Below, one piece after another: positions 1 to 10,540 of a stretch of DNA of 64,000 nucleotides. Every line of letters starts with the position of its first letter. The stretch's first letter is position 1. The position numbers were made by a program, and so were the translations under genes. Origin of the DNA: Hemiscyllium ocellatum (taxonomy: Eukaryota). The stretch covers positions 3,038,001 through 3,102,000 of the forward strand of contig NC_083446.1 of the NCBI RefSeq assembly GCF_020745735.1, written 5' to 3'. The notes beneath the pieces are model-generated. The model was not told the DNA's origin, made no database searches, and saw only the letters and a program-made list of their open reading frames with translations.

Positions 1-455
1 GGTCAGCGCTGAGAGAGGGGGCACTGTCGGAGGGTCAGTACTGAGGGAGTGGGCACTGTTGGAGGGTCAGTGCTGAGGGAGCGGGCACTGTCGGAGGGTC
101 AGTGCTGAGGGAGTGGGCGCTGTCGGAGGGTCAGTGCTGAGGGAGGAGGCACTGTCGGAGGGTCAGTGCTGAGGGAGTGGGCACCGTCGGAGGGTCAGTG
201 CTGAGGGAGTGGGCGCTGTTGGAGGGTCAGTGCTGAGGGAGGAGGCACTGTCGGAGGGTCAGTGCTGAGGGAGTGGGCACCGTCGGAGGGTCAGTGCTGA
301 GGGAGTGGGCGCTGTTGGAGGGTCAGTGCTGAGGGAGGAGGCACTGATTGAGGGTCAGTGCTGAGGGAGTGAGCACTGTCGGAGGGTCAGTGCTGAGGGA
401 GTGGGCACTGTCAGAGGGTCAGTGCTGAGGGAGTGGGCACTGTCGGAGGGTCAGC
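1..455 (+). repeat. 32-bp minisatellite (GGGTCAGTGCTGAGGGAGTGGGCACTGTCGGA)n, truncated by the window start
   Basis: Period is 32 (GGAGGGTCAG at 61 and 93). A variant GGGAGGAGGC recurs at 141, 237 and 333, giving a 96-bp higher-order unit. Confidence 0.97.
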
Positions 456-476
456 GCCGTGGGAGGGGGGACTTAC

Positions 477-710
477 CGAGTATCTTACAGATGCCAATGA
501 TGGAGCTGAAGACGGGACAGGAGAAGCTGGCTTTCAGTTTGACGGTTTTGAGGTTGGGCAGTTGAAGGCGTAATGACTTGTGCTGAGGGGTGAAAAGCAG
601 CCTCGCATCCGCCTGGATTCCGTACTTATCCAGGGTCCAGTTCGTTTTCAGAACCCAGCGATTCTTCTGTTCCCACCACAGCCCATGGTCTGACCAATTC
701 TTCTTTATCT
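477..710 (-). CDS. FERMT3: FERMT3 (kindlin-3) coding exon 2 (F0/F1 region), 234 nt
   Basis: Translates to [44 protein letters not shown]...ASFSCPVF...ICKIL, a kindlin signature. Acceptor tgtcag at 711-712, donor gtaagt at 476-471, phases 1/1. WWEQK, ADARL and ASFS plus synteny with STIP1 favour FERMT3 over FERMT1/2. Confidence 0.93.
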
Positions 711-884
711 CTGACAGACAGACAGACAGACAGGAAACAAACAATCAACCTCATTGGACATTCCGGGAATGAGGAGCAGTCTCCATCCCAACGTTCCCAT
801 TCCCGCCATCAGCTATAGAACACTATCGACATCACAGAGGCACGACTCACCCACTGACCACATCACCAACCTTCCAATAGCCTC

Positions 885-1440
885 CTCCCTATCCCTGTCA
901 CCCCCTCCAGCCTCTACCCCCCCTCCCTATCTCTGTAACCCCCTCCAGCCCCTACACCCCCCTCCCTATCTCTGTAACCCACTCCGGCCCCTACACCCCC
1001 TCCCTATCTCTGTAACCCCCTCCAGCCCCTACACCCCCTCCCTATCTCTGTAACCCCCTCCGGCCCCTACACCCCCTCCCTATCTCTGTAACCCTCTCCA
1101 CCCCCTACACCCCCTCCCTATCTCTGTAACCCACTCCGGCCCCTACACCCCCTCCCTATCTCTGTAACCCTCTCCAGCCCCGACATCCCCTCCCTATCTC
1201 TGTCACCCCCTCCAGCCCCTACACCCCCTCCCTATCTCTGTCACCCCCTCCAGCCCCTACACCCCCTCCCTATCTCTGTAACCCCCTCCAGCCCCTACAC
1301 CCCCTCCCTATCTCTGTAACCCCCTCCAGCCCCTACACCCCCTCCCTATCTCTGTAACCCCCTCCAGCCCCTACACCCCCTCCCTATCTCTGTCACCCCC
1401 TCCAGCCCCTACACCCCCTCCCTATCTCTGTAACCTTTTT
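885..1440 (+). repeat. 38-bp C-rich minisatellite (CCCCCTCCAGCCCCTACACCCCCTCCCTATCTCTGTAA)n
   Basis: Period is 38 (TATCTCTGTA at 1271 and 1309). The unit reads PPYLCNPLQP in one frame, resembling an L2 ORF2 C-terminus. Confidence 0.95.
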
Positions 1441-1483
1441 CTTACCCTACACCCCTTCCAGACATCTGCATTAATCCAATATT

Positions 1484-2265
1484 GCACTGTCGGAGGGTCA
1501 GTGCTGAGGGAGTGGGCACTGTCAGAGGGTCAGTGCTGAGGGACTGGGCACTGTCAGAGGGTCAGCGCTGAGGGACCAGGCACTGTCGGAGGATCAGCGC
1601 TGAGGGAGAGGGCGCTGTCGGAGGGTCAGCGCTGAGGGAGAGGGCACTGTCGGAGGATCAGCGCTGAGGGAGAGGGCACTGTCGGAGAGTCAGCGCTGAG
1701 GGAGCGGGCACTGTCGGAGGGTCAGTGCTGAGGGAGAGGGCACTGTCGGAAGGTCAGCGCTGAGGGAGCGGGCACTGTCGGAGGGTCAGTGCTGAGGGAG
1801 TGGGCGCTGTCGGAGGGTCAGTGCTGAGGGAGTGCCGCACTGTCGGAGGGTCAGTGCTGAGGGAGAGGGCACTGTCGGAGGGTCAGCGTTGATGGAGCGT
1901 GCACTGTCGGAGGATCAGCGCTGAGGGAGAGGGCACTGTCGGAGGGTCAGTGCTGAGGGAGTGGGCACTGTCGGAGGGTTGGTGCTGAGGGAGTGGGCAC
2001 TGTCGGAGGGTCAGTGCTGAGGGAGAGGGCACTGTTGAAGGGTTGGTGCTGAGGGAGAGAGCACTGTCAGAGAGTCAGTGCTGAGGGAGCGGGCACTGTC
2101 AGAGGGTCATTGCTGAGGGAGCGGGCACTGTCGGAGGGTCAGTGCTGAGGGAGTGGGCACTGTCGGAGGGTCAGTGCTGAGGGAGCGGGCACTGTCGGAG
2201 GGTCAGTGCTGAGGGAGCGGGCACTGTCGGAGGGTCAGTGCTGAGGGAGTGGGCACTGTCGGAGT
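1484..2265 (+). repeat. 32-bp minisatellite array
   Basis: Same unit as 1-455, about 24 copies. Confidence 0.97.
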
Positions 2266-2930
2266 TGCGATTATTTCAGATGAGACATTAAATGGAGAAC
2301 CTATCTTTTACTTTTATTCGTTCCTGGGATAAGGGTGTCTCTGGCCGGGCCTAACACGTATTACCCATCCTTTATTACCCAGAGGGCAATTTATAGTCAG
2401 CCACATCACTGTGGGTCTGGAGCCATGAGTAGGCCGAGACCAGGTAAGGATGGCAGTTCCCTTCCCTAAAAGGACATTAGTCACTCAGATGGGCCTTTCC
2501 AACAGTTGGCGATGGATTAATGGCCACCATTAGACTCCGAATTCCAGATTGTTCCTGAATTCAAATTGCACCATCTGCCATGGTGGGTTTCAAACCCGGG
2601 TCCCCAGAACATTACCCCAGTCCAGTGATAATACCACTAGGCCATCACATCCCCTTGTTAGCGGGGGTGGAGAACATCCCATATTCACTGCTGCAAGAGG
2701 ATAGGGGGGCGGTGTGAGATATTCTCCCCGGCGTCCTGAGGCTGATATTGATCCCTCGACCAACATTGGTAAACACAGACGATTCAGGCCAGTCCCACAT
2801 CGTCGTGCGCGTGGGAAGTCTCTACCTTCCCAAATGAGCCCGCCGGTCAAAAAATAAAGTCCTTTACTGGCTGTTTCACACTCGGAGAGAGCCCGGCGTC
2901 CTGAAAGGTGCTCTTCAAATGCAGAGCTAT
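2245..2930 (+). mobile_element. Deu-domain SINE remnant (SacSINE1/AmnSINE-like), interrupted by another SINE
   Basis: GCACTGTCGGAGTTGCGATTATTTCAGATGAGACATTAAA resembles the Deu-domain core. The element resumes after ~2650 with TTCTCCCCGGCGTCCTG...ATATTGATCCCTCGACCAACAT and an L2-like tail GAAAGGTGCTCTTCAAATGCA. Confidence 0.6.
2306..2650 (-). mobile_element. tRNA-derived SINE sharing its 3' tail with the LINE at 14930-15630
   Basis: The reverse strand shows an A/B-box-like head (GGCCTAGTGG...GGTTTGAAACC). Its body matches 17325-18172. Confidence 0.65.
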
Positions 2931-3369
2931 TACGGAGCAGCTGCTGGGGGCCGGGAAGGGGAGGGTTGTTGGATGAGGACAAAAATAAAACCTAGTGATG
3001 AGGAGCGGTGAGAGGCTCTCTCCTGATAACCACCAGCCTCCCTCCTTCATCGTGACCCAGACCCCGGGGTCTCTGCTGGGGCCACACACAGAGACACACT
3101 CAGTATCTCTGGCTATCCAGCCAGAGGCGGCTGGGGGAAGGAAGATACTGATAAGGTGGGGGTGGTGGTGGTGGGGAAATGACAGCCAATGCCTGATAAC
3201 AGGCATCAGCCTCGGAAAGGGGAAGGGGAAGGGGGAGGTTTCCCTCCAGGCTAACCACAGCTCTCTGATAGCCCAGCACTCAGAACCCACAATGACCTGT
3301 ACTTCCAGCACCAGCAGCTCATAACACTGATAGTAACACAGCAAACAGGCCACTCCTCCCTCTGTCATC

Positions 3370-3970
3370 TACTACCTCCTCCAGCCCCTACACCCCCTCC
3401 CTATCTCTGTAACCCCCTCCAGCCCCTACACCCCCTCCAGCCCCTACACCCCCTCCCTATCTCTGTAATCCACTCCAGCCCCTACACCCTCTCCCTATCT
3501 CTGTAACCCCCTCCAGCCTCTACACCCCCTCCCTATCTCTGTAACCCCCTCCAGCCCCTACACTCCCCTCCCTATCTCTGTAACCCCCTCCAGCCCCTAC
3601 ACTCCCTCCCTATCTCTGTAACCCCCTCCAGCCCCTACATCCCCTCCCTATCTCTGTAACCCCCTCCAGCCCCTACATCCCCTCCCTATCTCTGTAACCC
3701 CCTCCAGCCCCTACACCCCCTCTCTATCTCTGTCACCCCCTCCAGCCCCTACACCCCCTCCTTATCTCTGTAACCCCCTCCAGCCCCTACATCCCCTCCC
3801 TATCTCTGTAACCCCCTCCAGCCCCTACACCCCCTCCCTATCTCTGTCACCCCCTCCAGCCCCTACACCCCCTCCCTATCTCTGTAGCCCCCTCCAGCCC
3901 CTACACCCCCTCTCTATCTCTGTCACCCCTCCAGCCCCTACACCCCCTCCCTATCTCTGTCACCCTTCCA
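3370..3970 (+). repeat. 38-bp C-rich minisatellite array
   Basis: Same unit as 885-1440. Confidence 0.95.
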
Positions 3971-3974
3971 TCCT

Positions 3975-4400
3975 GTTCCATCACCATCATGGCTGACCAT
4001 TCAACTTCAGCCTCATCCCGCTTTCTTCCCTCAACCTTCGATCCCATTTGCCCCGAGTGCTATATCGAGCAATCACTTGGATACATTCAATGATTTGTCC
4101 TCAACTCCTCCCAGGGGTAATGAATTCTGCAGGCCCACCACTCTCTGGGTGAAGACATGTCTCCTCATCTGCGTCCGACACGGTCCACCCTGAATCCTCA
4201 GACTGTCACCCCTGGTTCTGGATGCACCCACCATCGGGACCACCCTCCCTGCGTCGACCCTGTCTCGTCCTGTAGCTTCCATGAGACCACCTCTCACTAC
4301 TCTGGACCATCCTAACTGAGTCAACCTCTCCGCATAGGTCAGTCCCACCATCCCTGGAACCAGCCTGGGAAACCGTCACTCCACCCCTTAAGAGCGAGAC
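3975..4400 (-). mobile_element. Degenerate CR1 LINE 3' fragment
   Basis: GLTYAERL..LG, SRTRGDSLRIQG and FTQRVVGLQNSLP are CR1 ORF2 C-terminal motifs. Confidence 0.8.
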
Positions 4401-5469
4401 CATCCTCCCTCAGGACAGGGGGAGCTGGAGGAGCTGATATGAAGGAGGATTTGAGGCCTAGGTCAGATCATCCATTATGTGAGGGCCAGCTGAGGCCTTG
4501 CCCTGTTTCTTAGCAATTGGGAATTGGGAGGGGGATAACAAGGCAGCAGCAGATTGGGATGGGTGGGGGGGGGGGACATTCGGGCATGGGGCATTGTTGC
4601 CCCACGTCTGGATTGGGCGGGGCAGGGTCCCGACACCAGTCACCGCCACTGGGAAGTTACAAAATGCACTAAGTAATCAGATCTCAGCTCCCAGGGACTT
4701 GCGCTGTCGAACTCTCACAGGGACCCAAAAGCACCAGCCCTCACCACTTCCTCAATCCAGTCTCGGAGTCACATCGACCGCCTCAGCACAGCAGGGAGGC
4801 CGTTCAGCCCCTCACGAACACACTGGCTCCCCTGAACGAGCAAGTGCCCCCAATTCCTCTTCTCTGGCTTCTCTCTTTATCCCTGCACCTTCCTCCCTCA
4901 TACACAGTGCCATATTGGGGACTCTGGGTCTGTACTCGGTGGAGTTTAGCAGGATTGGGGGAGGGGTGGGGGGAGGAAATCGGACTGAAAGGTACAGAAT
5001 ACCGAGTGGCCTGGATGGAGTGGAGAAGCGGTTTCCACCGGGGTAGAAGCAGGACCTCAGGGTGAAGGGACGGGGGTGAGGGGAATCTGTGGAGGCCAAG
5101 TCATTGCGTGTACTTGAGACGGAGATAGATAGGGCCTTGACTGTTGAGGGGGTCAAGGGTTACAGGGAGAAGGCGGGAGAATGGGGTTGAGAGACACATC
5201 AGCCGCGATCGATGAGCTGAATGGTCTAACTCTGATCCTCTCCCACAGGCGGTACACTCCCGAAACCTCGGGCCCCCTCCCGTGGCCATTTTCTCCATTA
5301 TAAATCCCTGCTCCCCTCCCCGGGTTCTTCCTGCTTCGGCGACTGGGAGCAGTCTCCTCCCTGTCAACTCTGTCCCAGGTCCTCTCCCTGTCCGTCCACC
5401 CGCGAGGAGGATGGATCCAACACCCCCACAGGTCCCCCGCGACTTCCTGCCGACCCTTTCAAAGGCAGA

Positions 5470-6210
5470 TAGAGTCCTCAAGATGTGCAGCACGGAAACA
5501 TACCCTTCCACCCAACTCGTCTGTGCTGACCAGATATCCCAATCTAATCCAGTCCCATTTGCCAGCACTTAAGAGTACTAACAGTGTGGAAACAGGCCCT
5601 TCGGCCCAACAAGTCCACACCAACCCTCCGAAGAGCAACCCACCCAGACCCATTCCCCTACATTTACCCCTTCACCTAACACTACAGGCAATTCAGCATG
5701 GCCAATTCACCCTAACCTGCACATTTTTTTGGACTGTGGGAGGAATCTGGAGCACCAAGAGGAAACTCACGCAGACATGGGGAGAATGTGCAAACTCCAC
5801 ACAGACATCTGCCCAAGGCAGGAATTGAACCCGGGTCCCTGGCGCTACGAGGCATCAGTGCTAACCACTCTGCCACCCACTTGATCCCATATCCCTCCAA
5901 AACCTTCCTATTCATACACCCATCCAGATGGCTTTTAAATGTTGTGATTGTACCAGCCTCCACCACTTCATTCCATACACGTACCACCCTCTGCATGAAA
6001 AAGTTGCCCCTTTTAAATCTTTCCCCTTTTAAATCTTTCCCCTCTCATCCTAAACCTATGCCCTCTAGTTCTGGACTCCCCCTATCCCATTTATTTATCC
6101 TATCCATACCCCTCATGATTTTATAAACCTCTGTAAGATCACCCCTCAGCCTCTGACACTCCAGGGAAAACAGCCCCAGCCTGTTCAGCCTCTCCCTGTC
6201 GCTCAAATCC
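5470..6210 (-). mobile_element. CR1 LINE 3' fragment with a nested HE1-like SINE (about 5580-5879)
   Basis: QRVVRVWNE..VVEAGTITTFK.HLD..MNRK.LEGYG. CR1 sequence CCAGCACTT/GATCCCATATCCC is split by the SINE. Confidence 0.85.
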
Positions 6211-6967
6211 TCTGTGTGTGTGAAGTGGGTGAAAAATTGGACTTAGGACACACTTAGGACACACAGTCAGTTGGGTTGGTGGTGGGGGGGGGGCAATACC
6301 AGAGTTGTAACCCGCATTGACACGTTTCCCAACTCTCCCTACCCCCTCCCGCTCCCCTTTCTCTCCCGGCCAAAGCTACAAAATGGCCGAACTGGCTGTA
6401 GGCCAGAGGTGGTGTCTCTGGGTCTGGAGATCTGCGTCCCCAGCGTTTCCCCTGCCTCTTTTCACTTCGGCTTCCGCCCACTCCCTCGCCACAGACATCC
6501 CTTTCCCGGCTGCACAGGCCCCCAGTCAGGGTTGCCCTCCCCCGCCACCCGCCCAACTTCCACCACCACCACCACGTGACTCCCCAGGCTAGGCTGTCAT
6601 TCCCCTTCTGCTCTGCGTTCCGCTGACAGCTCGGAACCACATCCTTCCGCTCAGGCACACAAGTTAAAAACACAGCGAGCGGAGCAGAGCAACCCGCGCA
6701 GGGTGGGGCTACACAGGGGCCACCAACTCAGGCTGCGGCCTAGTCCAAAAATAAACCCTCTGTGCGATTGTCCGCATCAGAGGGGCCGACACGTGACGCC
6801 AGACCCACCGTGAGGTGGGGCCAGGGTGCGGGAAAATTGTGGGATCGGGGGGAGGAATTAATACCAGGCCCGGCCACATCAAACCTTTAAAGAGTGGCCA
6901 TCTTCTGGGCTCTCTGTTCTTAGTAAAAACATGAAAGGGAGGATTCTCTCATTCATCATACAAACCT

Positions 6968-7280
6968 TACTGTGTGGAAGCGGGCCATTCAGCCCATTGA
7001 GTCCACATTGACCCCCCCCAAAAAGCAGCCCACCCTATCCCTCTATTTTCCAAGGCCAATCCACCCTAACCTACACATCCCTGGACACTACGGGGCAATT
7101 TAGCACGGCCAACTTACCCTAACCTGCACATCTTTGGACTGCGGGAGGAAACCAGAGCACCCGGAGGAAACCCACGCAGACACGGGGAGAATGTGCAAAT
7201 TCCACACAGACAATTGCCTGAGGGTGGGATCGAACCCGGGTCCCCAACTCTACAAGGCAACAGTGCTAACCGCTGAGCCC
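6968..7280 (-). mobile_element. HE1-like tRNA-derived SINE
   Basis: Reverse strand shows GGCTCAGCGGTTAGCACTG, B box GGTTCGATCC, and the V-domain-like GTGTGGAATTTGCACATTCTCCCCGTG. Confidence 0.85.
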
Positions 7281-7452
7281 TAGTGTTGGAGAGAGAGGAG
7301 TGGTGTAGGTTTAACCAGAGGGTCACCACATTTCAGGTGAGGGTGGGAGGGCAGCCCTTTAAGGTAACCTGAACCAATGCAGGAATTGAACCCAAACTAT
7401 CAACATCGCTACATCACCCCAAATCAACTGTCCAGCCAACTGAGCTAACTGA

Positions 7453-8015
7453 CTGTACAGGATATTGGTTAGACTACTTTTGGAATACTGCGTTCAGTTC
7501 TGGTCTCCCTGCTATAGGAAGGATGTTGTGGAACTTGAAAGGGTTCAGAAAAGATTTACAAGGATGTTGCCAGGGTTGGAGGGTTTGAGCTACAGGGAGA
7601 GGCTGAACAGGCTGGGGCTGTTTTCCCTGGAGCGTCGGAGGCTGAGGGCAGACCTTATAGAGGTTTATAAAATCATGGATAGGGTAAATAGACAAGGTAT
7701 TTTCCCTGGGGTGGGGAAGTCCAGAACTAGAGGGCATAGGTTTAGGGTGAGAGGGGAAAGATATAAAAGAGACCTAAGGCGCAACTTTTTCACACAGAGG
7801 GTGGTACGTGTATGGAATGAGCTGCCAGAGGATGTGGTGGAGGCTGGTACAATGACAACATTTAAGAGGCATTTGGATGGGTATATGAATAGGAAGGGTT
7901 TGGAGGGATATGGGCCAGGTGCTGGCAGGTGGGACTAGATTGGGTTGGGAATATCTGGTCAGCATGGACGGGTTGGGCCAAAGGGTCTGTTTCCGTGCTG
8001 TACATCTCAATGATT
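7453..8015 (+). mobile_element. CR1 (HER1-like) LINE 3' end
   Basis: ORF 7465-7938 LEYCVQFWSP...ERVQKRFTRMLPGLEGLSYRERLNRLGLFSLERRRLR is a CR1 ORF2 C-terminus, followed by the 3' tail. Confidence 0.92.
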
Positions 8016-8514
8016 CCAGAACCCCATTCTTTGGGAGTGTCCACTGCACGATGGAGTTTGTCTTCCAAGTTAGCTGTAACTAACCAGGGGGTTATGAAGA
8101 TTTCATTCTGTCTAATTATTGCAACAATGGCCAGTTGTATTTCTGAGGGAGATTTACCCTGGAGGGCATAGAGCACCCATACCCCTTCAACTAACCCCAG
8201 ACAGAACACTGGGGGAAAATACCCCTTCAGTTAAACCAAGGAAGGTCGAATCTGATTGTTCCTGGCGTTTTCTGAGGAACGTCAGAGTTTGATTTTTTTT
8301 TTGACAAGTCCAAACAGATGTGATGTGTCTAAATGCTGTGTTTGCGAAGAGTCAGGAACCACGCATTAATATAAATAGCTTCCTGAATTTGGAACTGTGC
8401 CACGCTGCAAGACTGACTGACAGCCTTATAACAGGCCGTCAGTGACACGCTGGTTTAAATTTAAACAATGCTAGTTGGTTAGCTGTCTAACTTTTGCACA
8501 CTCCCCCGCACCAG

Positions 8515-9055
8515 CAGCACAGAAACAGACCCTTCAGCCCAACCAGTCTGTGCCGACCCGAACCCCAAACTAAACTAGTCCCAGCTGCCCCATTCCTGGC
8601 CCATATCCCTCCAACCCTTTTCCTATTCAGGTCCTTATCCAAATGTCTTTTCAATGTTGGAATTGTCCCCACACTCGCCACTCCCTCAGCAGGTCTGTTC
8701 CACAAAGGTGTCCAGCAGGGAAACAGACCCTTCAGCCCGACTCACCCGTGCCGACCAGATATCCTCACTTAATCCAGTCCCATTTGCCAGCACTTGGCCC
8801 ACATCCCTCCAAACCCTTCCTATTCATATACCCATCCAGAGGCTTTTTAAATGCTGTACCAGCCTCCACCACTTCCTCTGGCATCTCCTTCCATACACGC
8901 ACCACCCTCTGTGTGAAAAAGTTGCCCCTCAGGTCCCCTCTCACCTTTAACCTATGCCCTCTAGTTTGGGACTCCTCACCCCAGGGGTAAGACAATTTTC
9001 CCTATCCACACCCCTCATGATATCACGAACCTTTATAAGGTCGCCCCTCAGCCCT
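8515..9055 (-). mobile_element. CR1 LINE 3' fragments (two tails)
   Basis: TRGHRLKVRG..GNFFTQRVVRVW motifs and a repeated GGGCTGAAGGGTCTGTTTC tail. Confidence 0.85.
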
Positions 9056-9337
9056 AGCCTCTCTCTTATAGCTTCTTTCAAATTGTGCTGCAAGTCAAAA
9101 AAATATATATTCCGACAGAACATGTCTTTTATCTAATTCCCGTGCGCGGCCAAACAACTATTTATCGCGAGAAACATAATATATTCTGTGACATTGTATT
9201 CATACACAGAGGTCTTTACCAAGTCTGGTCTTTCAGATCACTGACTACAAGTGGGGTTGACTTTGGACAGGTGGCTGGGTTTGAGTTGACAATCCCGGGC
9301 CTTGTACCCCAGGTCCATTAGATTTGTTGGCGCTTAC

Positions 9338-9473
9338 CAATTTTCTCCACAAGCTGAAGAATGACACCACCAATGTGCACATCGCCGTTAACTCTCAAGG
9401 TGATGGGATCCGCCTCAGCACCCAGTTCTTCCACAGCGATCTTCAGCTCCCACGATGCGCCTCCTTGCGCCAT
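9338..9473 (-). CDS. FERMT3: FERMT3 first coding exon (exon about 9338-9485)
   Basis: Translates to MAQGGASWELKIAVEELGAEADPITLRVNGDVHIGGVILQLVEKI, kindlin F0 (SWEL, LRV.G..HIGGV). ATG is in strong context (ACGATGG). Acceptor ccag at 9486-9487, donor gtaagc at 9337; phase 1 joins the 477-710 exon in frame. Confidence 0.92.
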
Positions 9474-9714
9474 CGTTCAACATCCCTGGCAACAGCAAAG
9501 AAAAAAGCAAGCGGGTCAGTCAAAACCATGGCCAGCCGAGACCGGTTCAATCCAGCTCACTGAGTGTGGTCAAGGAAGGATTTCAGATTATAAAAGGGGC
9601 TACTGGGAGAAGGTGGGATTGGGATTGGACCCGATTCTACTGAACGCTGGAGCAGACTTGAAGGAATACCGTGTTCAAATCGGCTTCTCCCTGCTCTTGG
9701 TAGGATGTGAAACT

Positions 9715-10540
9715 TGGAAAGTTTACAAGGATGCTGGAGGGCAAGGGCTGTAGGCAGGGGCTATTTTCCCTGGAGGCTGAGGGGTGACCTTATAGAGGTT
9801 TATAAAATCATGAGGGGCATGGGTAGGATAAATAGACAAGGTCTTTTCTCTGGGGTGGGGGAAGTCCAGAATTAGAGGGCATAGATTAGATTAGATAATT
9901 TACAGTGTGGAAACAGGCCCTTCGGCCCAACAAGTCCACACCGACCCGCCACCCACCCATACCTCTACATTTACCCCTTATCTAACACTACGGGCAATTT
10001 AGCATGGCCAATTCACCCTGACCTGCACATCTTTGGACTGTGGGAGGAAACCGGAGCACCCGGAGGAAACCCACACAGACACGGGGAGAACGTGCAAACT
10101 CCACACAGTCAGTTGCCTGAGGCGGGAATTGAACCCGGGTCTCTGGTGCTGTGAGGCAGCAGTGCTAACCACTGTGCCACCGTGCCGCCCAGTTATTTTT
10201 TTCTTCTTATAAGGGGACAACCAAACAGAAAACCAAAAATCAGTAATTTAAAATTTAGGTTTGAGGGTGAGAGGGGAAAGATTTAAAAGGGACCCGAGGG
10301 GCAACTTTTTCACACAGAGGGTGGTGTGTGTGTGTGTGGAATGAGCTGCCAGAGGAAGTGGTGGAGGCTGGTACAATGACAGCATTTAAAAGGCATCTGG
10401 ATGGGTGTATGAATAGGAAGGGTTTGGAGGGATATGGGCCAAGTGCTGGCAAATGGGACGAGATTAGGTTAGGATATGTGGTCAGCATGGACGAGTTGGA
10501 CCGAAGGGTCTGTTTCTGTGCTGTACATCTCTCTGACCAA
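9715..10540 (+). mobile_element. CR1 3' fragment with a nested antisense HE1-like SINE (9884-10190)
   Basis: CR1 AGAGGGCATAG/GTTTGAGGGTGAGAGGGG is split by a full-length SINE with an (ATCTA)n tail. Confidence 0.87.

Noticed and set aside
451-744. 97-aa ORF as a complete gene
   Set aside because: Only 477-710 is exonic; the ends are intron read-through across splice sites.
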